Source of the DNA: Klebsormidium nitens
Lineage: Eukaryota > Plantae > Klebsormidiophyceae
Assembly: GCA_000708835.1 (NCBI GenBank)
Contig: DF237305.1
Coordinates: 31,452-95,451, forward strand
Direction of reading: 5' to 3'
DNA length: 64,000 bases
Positions within the stretch are counted from its first letter, which is position 1, and each line of letters begins with the position of its first letter. Both the position numbers and the translations under genes were made by a program. The notes beneath the pieces are model-generated. The model did no database searches. It worked only from the letters and a program-made list of their open reading frames with translations, and was not told the origin of the DNA. Below are positions 54,912 through 64,000 of this stretch, piece by piece.

Positions 54912-57900
54912 ATGGCGCCAAAAAAACAGGTTGCGTTTGATCTGTCGCGCAACCGAACAAAAGAGATCACTCCAGTCAAGAGAGCATTGACAGATGAACC
55001 ATGTGTCTACCGTACACCTGGCAACAGTATTGCTGATAGACAGGAAGCAGCTCTTGGAAGTATTCAGCACCGGGAGCTGGCACCGCATGCATTTCTAGAT
55101 CCCCCATGTACAATTCACGCCCGCAGAAAACCTAGGCTTGCTTCCAATTGCAGCCTTTCTCTTATCTGCGATCAGACGGCAGCAACAACATCTCCAAAAG
55201 CAGCAACTACTTGTTCACGCACACTAACGAGCTTTGAGGGGTTCCAAGCATTTGCTGATAGCCATCCGGAACTAGCTTTCCGGAACACGGGGTAAGCCAC
55301 CGATTCAGATGTGTTTGTGCTCACAGCTTGCTCCATAGCTGCAATCTCTTGCTCTTTTCGAACATTGGTGTTTTCCACCACAAAAAGTGATTAGGGTTTT
55401 GTGCTTCCTCACCACCCTCAAAATCGGAAGCCAGATCAAGGCTGAGATATCTACGTTTCAAATGCGGGTGGTTTCAGGGTAGGTCATCCTTTCTCACGTG
55501 TAACTTTGAAGGCTAGCCCATATAAGCAGCTCCTTTACCGATCTAGGATCTTGCTCTAACTTCCAAAATGTATGACGTTGTGCAGTCAACCTAACCTCCT
55601 CTGGCATGCGTACGTGAGCACCTACAAGCCCGAGTACATGACAATGGCAGGACTTCCTAAAAGTAGACAAGAGGTCAATGCCCTAGAGGTGAGTCAACAT
55701 TTTGGGGGCGGACAACACCTCGGATCCAGATTTCCAGTCTCTGCAAACAGTTCTCTTGCCAGAAGATGTAACATCAACATGTCAAGCCAAGGATCTTCCT
55801 CTACGTTCGACCGCCTCTAAAGCACCCTAAAGTGAGCCTTATACCACGACTGCATTTTCATTTGCAGGCAAGGCACCCTGGGCTAGTGTTCAAAGCGGTG
55901 ACCTATAAGAGAGAAGCATACAATGCCAACGACATTGCGACACAGCTGCGAGATCCGGGGCATCCAGCACAATACGCCGAAATCACAAACGTGTATGACA
56001 CAGTGGACTCCATTGATGCCCTCCGCGTGCTCGCGGCAGGCTTGTTCGGAGCAAAGGCCCGCTCTCTTGCGCCGCTGAACTCAACATGTTCAACCACTAT
56101 CAATTGCTCCCCCATCCGGTAAGCTCGCAGATCAACGCCTAGCTCGTGCGCACCTTAGTTTCTTCCTTGCATTCTTGTAAGTTTTGAAAGGCATTATCGC
56201 CCTTCTCGATTGTCTCTTGAAGCCTGTCAATGTACCTCTGTTGGAGTTTCTTCTTCCATCACTTGACACATTGCAGTTAAGTGTGTCACGCCAGTCGGGT
56301 GGCCACCAACGTGCTCTTTTCATCAGCAGGCACCCTGTTGTCAATTTTAGAGCAGCCTAGTTACTGCCGCTTGACTTATCGCCTCTCCAGTTTCAAACTA
56401 CCTTCTACACGCGCATTTCTGCCTTGACAGCAAGACCCCTCTCATTGCACAGGTTTGGACCAGAGTCCGGCGTGCTCCCGCTTGCTGGTCGCCGCCTTGG
56501 GGCTCTGGTAACACCACACAAGAGAGATCATGTCTTAGCTAGGGAGGAAGCCATTGCCTTCATGTCCAGTCGCAGCTTTTTTGAGAACCGTGGCTTGCGT
56601 GACGTGCACATACCCCGTCCCGGTGCAGACTCAGCGCATAGCAGCCTGGCCTATTTCTGGGAGAAAGCATGTGCGCGAAAAGGTGGGGCATGCGAGGATT
56701 CGAGTTGCATTCTGGTGCAACTTCGTGGCGTTTTGAATCGCGGCCTACCGTTCATGTGCTAAGGGTTGCCAGCGAACTGAAGAGCTTCTTGGATCAGAAT
56801 CGTTTACTCGGGCCGAGTATGAAGACATGAAGCACAAATGAATACACCTTTCAATCATTGCCGCTGCCCAAAGCCCAGGTCGCGGCTCCACAAAATCAAA
56901 TCTCAGTAAGTCCACACTGCCGGTCTACAAAAGGCACCTACATTCCCTCGATTTTAAGCGTGACGGTTCATACAAAGACCTAAAACATGAAAGTCTTCTT
57001 TGCAGGATTGCAGCTTCACTCCCCAGCTGACTGGTTGACATGGCCATCTCAAGATGTCATCCCGGTTGGATGCAGTCCTCTTACATCTACCTTCTACCTC
57101 AAGGGCTTTATGCATCTCACTGACGAGCACCATGAGTTGCTTGGCTTGACGGCAAGGAATGGGGTCTTCTGGGCCTCGTCGATTCTTCCTGTGGGGGAGG
57201 CGCTCCTCTGCGTTTGGAACCATGGCCTTGAAAGCGACGAGCAGGTTCGTCCTTTAAGTACACTTCTCCTCTTCACTACTAGTACTTGCCAAGATTGTGG
57301 TTTGTAGGACTCTTTAAAGTAGGAGTCGGTCCATTGTCATCTGCTTCCCTCAGGATCAAGGCTGGATCAAGGCTTGACAAGGCTTGACAAACCCCGCTAT
57401 CTACTAACAAGATTCAAAAATTTACTTGTGATAAGTAGGACTTTAGGATATTCAAACAAGTGCACTGGTCCCGCGCTAACATTTTAAATCCACGTACTGC
57501 ACACAAAGTGCTGCAAACCAGATTTCATTTACTTTGCGGCCCTCAATGTCCAGCCTTGATCCGCATCGGAACTTTCTGTCACGGATCTTGAAAGGTTCCA
57601 ATGTAAACATGGTTTCTACTTTAATAATCCCGACTTGAAGCTTAGAGGACCTCCACAGTCTTCAATTCCTTCGACACATCCCGTTCATACGTCCCCAGCC
57701 AAGAATTATTAGCCAAGATCTCCAGCGTAGCGGCAAACCCGCATCTTTCATTCTCGCAGCTGAAGGCACGCTTGAAGGCTAAAGAAGACGAACTGCTGAA
57801 GGAATTGGACCCTGGAGAGACCCGCGAGCTTGCCGCCATGCAGCCCGGCTGCCTTTGGTTCGGAGTTCGACAAACTGATGCGAACGTTGCGGCTTTCCAC

Positions 57901-60024
57901 CGACTCTGTTCCGTAGCCTTCGGGGAAGATTATCTCCAACTCTTCTTGCAACACTCGGCGGATGACATTGTCCCACCGGCCGCCATGCTCAGCTTCATCA
58001 ACCAGCTCTTACCCGTCGAGGCAGCATGGTTCCTCGAGATCTCAATGGCGTTTCCCCCGGGGTTCCTTGCCGAGCATGGGATTGATATCAACATCGGGTA
58101 GGACACTCAGCTCGCGTCGCCTCGAGCGCACGGGCCCCAATCATGGAAGCCCTTGCTCGCTGGTTTAGTAGTAACGTGTTTCATGTATCCTAGATACTGT
58201 GTGGGCCCCAAATATTAGTTCGAGTAACATTCGTTACACGAATCAGTGTGACATAAAAGGCAGGCGTCCGCTCGAATTGCGTAGAGATTGCTCTTGGTTT
58301 GCACAAATGTTCTGAAAACCGTCCGTTATTAGACTTTCCTGCTGCCGTCATAGAGACGTCCGTTCAAGTTCTACGTAACGTGACTACGCACCACGTACAT
58401 TAATGCTTTCGTCAAAGCTATGCTGCTTTTGCTCAACCGTGCGTTACCACTCCTTTCTACTACAGATGGCAAGATCCCGGAAGCGACTTTATTGCCGCTG
58501 CTAGACATGCTGTGGCGACCTTTGGCCGTAACGCCACAGGAGCGCACAACTTTGCAACAGCCAAGGACCTTTCCCGATGTCTGCTAAGCAGAACCTACAT
58601 TACCAGGAAGGATCCAACGGCACCACCAGGCTGGACGGAAACCAAGTGGATGAAGGGAATTGACGCACCGTCTCTTGTCATAAAGGTAATATGGTACTCT
58701 TGTAGGCTCCAGCCGTATACGATACGTGATTCTTCGGTCACGTCGATTGTCCTTCCATGCTAACATCAACGCAGGACTTGTGTTCTGGCTTGCATCTATA
58801 TCATAGTTTGCCCCACATCACTGATCACACACAAGCGGCTGTAAGTCCAGATGGCTATATGAAGAGTTGGAGACCACCAACCACAACGCGAACTTAACGA
58901 GGATTGATCTAGTTCACCGAGCTTACTCTTCTAAACCGAGGTTTGATGCCTCCATTACTCGTCGAGGGCGATTTATACTTTCTTTAGCAGGCCCTCCGTG
59001 TTTTTTAAGGCTCATCAAAACAGTTTTGTATTGAGGCCAGCCAGAGGTATGAATTGCAGCTCATGGAGAGTTGCCCGGTGGACATGCTTTCGCCGGCGGA
59101 GGCGGCCGCCTTCCGAGACGAATTTCAAGCTTTGGGCGAGCTCTTCTCTGACCAACACAAGAGCACCGAGTGAGTTTTAAAGACACCTGAGACACGCAAA
59201 TTGGAAAGCTCTTCGTATATATAGGACACGAGAAGATTAAGCAGCATAATACTTTGTCTTGTTTGTGACACCCCAAAGCTTTATAATTGACATCTCATAC
59301 GTCTCTCGAAGTAAATGCCACTCAGGGTCAGGATGACGGCCAGTACTCTAGCTCATAGCGCTTGCTACGATTCTCTAGCATATCTGTTCAGCTCAAACAA
59401 GGCAACTCGATGCGCCACGCTCGTTTGATTGAAGTGAACTTTCCCATCAGATGAACTCGTATTGATTGGTTTAACCTCTCAACCGACTCTTAACAACCTT
59501 TCTGCAGGTTACAGTCGTTTTTGATGCGGCTGCAAGCCCGATGTGACACCGAGCTGCATGCGCAAGTGCCGCTTGCAAACGTTGGCTTCCACTCCCGCAG
59601 AGAAGGATCCGGAATGCTAGACGACGAGGACTGGTCGCGTGTTGTTGTTGAGACGAAACGGTATCCCTTTGCAACCGTTTTAGCGCGCTTTTTGCACGTT
59701 ACGTATCTCAGGCTGGAGATTCCTAAGGGCAACGACCTCACCTATCTCGTGCATCACGGGATTAGCCTGCTGAATCTTGTAAGAGAGGTCAACGAATATC
59801 AAAGGCAGTGGAAAGTAAGTGGTACTCCAGGTTCCTTCGCGGTCGACACTGGTGTAGTGCTGGAGGAGTCGGTTGTTGTCGAGCAACCTTTGAAAGGGCC
59901 AAATCAACAGGCGCTCGCGTGGTTCACGAGCACTTTATTGAGGGAGATTCTTGCCGTTCAGAAGTACTATCTGTCAACAAAGGGACCATTCAAAGGGACA
60001 TATTACGGTCTACTTAGAAGGTAG
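54912..60024 (+). CDS. Divergent JmjC-domain (KDM4/KDM5-like 2OG-Fe(II) oxygenase) protein, about 775 aa, 10 exons
   Basis: Phase-consistent exons 54912-55291, 55586-55688, 55868-56118, 56453-56682, 57006-57244, 57760-58097, 58466-58685, 59024-59169, 59508-59814 and 59911-60024. Motifs: PGADS (cf. YGAD); FYLKGFMHLTDEHHELLGLTARN (cf. [23 protein letters not shown]; H-x-E at 57128-57136); PGFLAEHGIDI; WQDPGSDFIAAARHAVATFGRNATGAHNFA (cf. QxAGEF...YHSGFNHGFNCAESTNFA; distal His at 58506-58508). The 3' end may extend past 60024. Confidence 0.75.
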
Positions 60025-61646
60025 AGTCTGACAGACCAACTTTTGAAGTTCTTGCGTTACCAACATAGCTGTACATATTTCATTGTAGGCCCCGACTGCA
60101 GCTAGGCACGTCTTGTGACAGCCGCCCGATTCTAACACATGTCACTTTCCGCATCATGTATTTTCCAATATGAATGTACACCCGTTTCTGTCTCGAAACC
60201 AAGAGTGCCACTTTTTAAGGTTTCAGGCTTGCTTTCAAATCTCTATGCTCCCCGTTATCGAGCCGCCATCTTAACGCACGCACATCATTCTTTACTTGCC
60301 CAAAACATTCGGAGTATGCCTGCACCAACGAAACTGTTTCAAAGGAACTCGTGCGGTACGTTTTTCCCTCGGTCATCTGCAGTGATGCTACGACGATACA
60401 TCTGTACAAATGAGACTATGCCCGGAATCCCGGAAGATTCGACACCCATATATATTAACGTGACATGTATTTGCATGGCTTAATGTCTGGCAAGGAAGGT
60501 ACATCAAGCTTGACGTTGTGAAGTTTTATCCCGTTGAGGGAATTGACGGCGAAAAAAAACTTGTCTGTTGGCAATCTTTGCATAAAGCATAAAAATGTAT
60601 GCGACCATGGCTTCTCCGAGTATCACCTTAATACAACGGTTCAGGGAAACGGATCAAGGCTTAAACTCGTCGACTTTTAGCCCACAATTAGTACCTCCAA
60701 TGCAACCCCGCATCCATGGTCCTTCCAGGAATTCTTCAAACATGGCCTAACAAGAATGATGAGGCACATATCAGATTTTCAAAACACTAGAGTTTCCAAG
60801 AAAGTTATCTGCACGTGCGCGAGTCTACGCATGTTTGTCAAATTCGGTTCACAATGGTGAAAGTTGGTATTCGGGTCGGTTCCTCCGCTCTACTGCTACA
60901 TCGTTATTCGATGACCCTTTTGGATGGCAGATTATTACTTTCGCCCCCGCTTATTCTTGCGTTGGGAAAGCAATTCCGTTATGTAAGCTTTAAATCCTTC
61001 TAGTAATCTCTCTTGCCCAGGACTCAAGTCCTCACCATCCGCTCCAAGTCGAATCTTGAACGGCTCTCCATTGTAACCCTGTGCGGCAGAGATTTCCACA
61101 TAGCATCCAAATACGAGGCTCCTTTGGGACAGGTTTTCTAGAGGTCATCTAGCAAAGAAGCCAGATGTTTTTCGCCAACAACAATACTCATGCCGAAAGC
61201 TTTGCCAACCAAGATTTGATGCTCATAAACGGTTGAGTCGGTCAACAGCCGACCAGATTCTATAATGACACCGTATAGCTTCAACCAATTCATGCGGTCT
61301 CTGTGCTTTAGAAAGCCACTCGATCGGTGTCTTACCGTCCCTTTATTTAGCATGCAACGCTGGAACGCGCCAGCGGAATCCATAACGCAGAACTGCTTGG
61401 CCCACGACTTGGTGCTAGCAGACTGCGTTGGCCTGCACGGGATCAGCTGAGGGTGATGGCAGATCCTGACCTCTAACCAAAGAAAAATCATTCATTGACA
61501 TTCCAGAGAGTGCATAAAGGCTCACTGGTGAATCGAAGGACGCCCGAGTTTTAGAATGAGAAGGGTGTGTCATCTTAACGATGGAGCTCCGAGCCTTGAT
61601 CCACTTGGCTAGTCAAGCGGCACCGATCAAAGTGAGATAGTCTAAG

Positions 61647-63833
61647 CTACAAAGTTTGCATCAACGGTAACTTCAAGCAAGAATTGTGTCTTTGAAATGC
61701 AGGAAAACGTTCACCGTTCAACAGGCCCGTGGTAGCAATCTTAGTTGCCACCCAAAATTTCTTGATTCTTCGAAGTTTGATGAAAGCGTACCTGATTGTG
61801 TCGCGTGGTGTTTGCCTTATCATCCGGGGTTGATCCCTACGGATTGTTATCTGGCACGACTGGCAAGCGGGTTCCAAGCCCGCCCGAGCCCCTGAGATCG
61901 CAAACGTCCAGGGGCTCTCTTCGTTCTTCCCCTCTGACGGCTTATTTGGCATGCCCCCGGTGGCAAAACCGCCGGAAGCCCGGGCTCCGCTAGGAACCCC
62001 CCTCTCAGGCCCATCACGGGCCTGCTCCGCAGTCCTTGTTTGGGGACTCGAATCGCCTTCCGTCCGTCGCCGCTTCTCATTACCGTTATAGTCCGCCCCG
62101 GGCCCTTTCTCAGTCTGAGAGTCGTCACCCTCCGCTTCCGAATAATCCATGGGACCAGGCGACCGCGGCCGCTTTGACCGGGAACGCCGCATTCCGCTTT
62201 TGGCCCCGCCCCTCTTCGTTCCTTTTGTGTCGGGCCGCACCCCATACACGCCTCGCCGACACGACTGCGTCATGTTCTCTGCATGGCTCTTGGAGGGGTT
62301 GTACAGGCGAACGAGCTCGCCGAGCGGACGCCCCGTTTTGAGGTAGATGGCCAACACGTGCGAGCAGAGTGGCCCCCGTTTTCTCCTCGCGGCCCTCTGC
62401 GCACCGCGGCATGGACATTGCAGCCGCTCCCCGAGCCTTCCCATCACCGAGTGCGGATGTAGGGGAGCGCTATTCGAGTGGACCAGCCACGCGGTCTCAC
62501 TGGAAGTGCTCTCGCATCTGTTGTTGATGCATCTGCGGGCGCTAAAGACCAGCGCTATGGCATGTCTAACCGCTCGAACCACGCCCAGCTTGAGCAACTT
62601 AGCCGCAATCGCGTTACCTTCCTGCGACATGAAGGTCCGCAGAGAGGCCGCTTCTGCTGGTGACGGACCCTCAGGCTGCCTCCCACGTGGAACTCCCCCG
62701 GCACCCCAGCCAAGCTCGACATTGGGCCGCGCGTCTGCCGCGAATTGGCTGAGCGGCAGAGGTGGCCAAGGCAACTTTGAGCACACTGCACAGTGGCAGC
62801 GTCCGTCCCTTTCGTGCTCCCGGTCTACCACGCGTGGTCGAGCTCCGCCTACTAGCCCCGTGGGACCGATGATGTGCTTGTCGAGCTTGACTTGCACTTC
62901 GGGAATCCTTCCGTCCGGGTCTCTACCCACCTCCTGGGGATCCTGCGCGAGGTCCGTCCACATGTACGCTCTCTTTGGGCGGTAGATGACGTCTTGGCAC
63001 GCAAACCCCCGATCCATCTGAGACAGCTGATCGAGACTGTACTCCTTGCACGCATCCACCATCTCGACCATGCTAACTTCTCTTCCGCCCGCCGCCCGAG
63101 AGAGCGCCTTGTGCAAGCTCTCAATGTCTTGCGTGTAGACGTTGTCCACCGTGCCGTCCGCAAAGATCAACCCCGCCTGCCTCCTTGCCCACAACGAAAG
63201 CTCGTTGACAAAGACCTTCTTCTTATTTCTCTCGAAGTACTCACCAAACCCCTCCGGCCAGGCCGTTATCCGCTCCCGAATAAGCCGCTCCGCCTCCTCT
63301 TGGCTCGCCGCTTGTATGATCCCCTTCCGCCCAGTTTGCTCGTCTCCCAAAAGGTCTCGGCGGATGCCCCTCCAAACCTCTTCGCCTGCACTTCCGCACT
63401 CATCCTTTACCTTCTCGTGGCAATTTTTGAGGATGTGGTTCAGGTCGGTGCCGTGCCAAGCCAATGGGAAAGCCCGCGCAAGAGCCTTCTTTAGGTGCCC
63501 GGCCCCATCCGAAAATACCCATCTCGCTTGGCCCAGGCTTTCCTCTTCGTGAACGAGGTCTCTCAAGAACCGTGACGTTGACTCCTCCCTTTCCGTCAGT
63601 ACGATCGCCAAAGCGACCAGCATTACTGGATCGCCGCGGAGAAGAGCGTTGCGGCATCCCACTGGCAGCAGGAGAAAGGGGCCCTTCCGGTACGTGTGGT
63701 CAAACGTCAGCGGTGTCGCCGAGTCCCCATACGGCCCGTCGTTGGAGCAGAGCATCCCGCAAAGACGAAGGGCCCTATAAAAGGTATCATCATAACACAG
63801 ATTCCTCAGTAATTCACGGTACATGCATTGATT
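61647..63833 (-). mobile_element. Mutator-like (MULE) DDE transposase with SWIM zinc finger; 5' exon(s) beyond the window end
   Basis: 725-aa ORF (63824-61647). TFDHTY (D42), WVFSDG (D106), the MULE C/DxxH motif AFPLAWHGTDLNH, YTQDIESLH (E235), and SWIM C470-x-C472-x14-C487-x-H489. An in-frame splice acceptor (ctcttag) just upstream of the first ATG, at 63834-63835, implies more N-terminal exons. The C-terminus is probably spliced (GT donor at 61791). Confidence 0.88.
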
Positions 63834-64000
63834 CTAAGAGACCTCGGAGTGTTCAAATTTAGTTTTGACTCATTATGTATGTCGATAGTGTTTGTTTTGA
63901 TTTGCCGGGTCGCTTGCGATCGAAATTCACGACAAGAGCCGTTAGTAGTCGCTCATTGGTCCAAGGTTTGAACGCCAACCTATCAAATCTTCAAGGGCCC

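Noticed and set aside
57353-57390. Short tandem units (ggatcaaggct x2, tgacaaggct x2); similar micro-duplications at about 50192-50233, 8718-8745 and 54720-54746
   Set aside because: Local slippage duplications in introns or spacers, too short and without spacers, so not CRISPR-like or functional repeats.
62036-63862. Plus-strand ORFs (212, 206, 136 and 132 aa) over the transposase
   Set aside because: Antisense shadows of a GC-rich coding exon with no recognisable motifs.

Overview
Gene-dense eukaryotic nuclear DNA with GT-AG introns of about 100-500 nt and GC3-rich exons. The proteins are land-plant-like, yet one is a selenoprotein, so the source is inferred to be an early-diverging streptophyte alga (Klebsormidium-like). 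The supplied ORF track is mostly exon fragments and antisense shadows, so I spliced the gene models by hand. In order: 3' end of a thioesterase gene (+), an orphan 9-exon gene (+), TOR (-), DUF177/YceD (+), COX6B (-), glutathione peroxidase (+), CCR4 (-), RPT3 (+), kinesin-5 (-), DUF1664 (+), a 10-exon JmjC-domain gene (+) and a Mutator-like (MULE) DDE/SWIM transposase (-) whose 5' end lies outside the window. Two observations stand out. (1) The GPX has an in-frame UGA exactly at the catalytic position, a well-formed SECIS candidate 67 nt after the stop, and a bipartite plastid plus twin-arginine signal, suggesting a thylakoid-lumen selenoenzyme. (2) An intact, divergent KDM4/KDM5-like JmjC gene lies tail-to-tail with the MULE transposase in a MuDR-like two-gene layout, suggesting a transposon that carries its own chromatin-modifying (anti-silencing) enzyme. 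The element ends cannot be confirmed within this window. There are two assembly gaps, one in TOR and one in CCR4.
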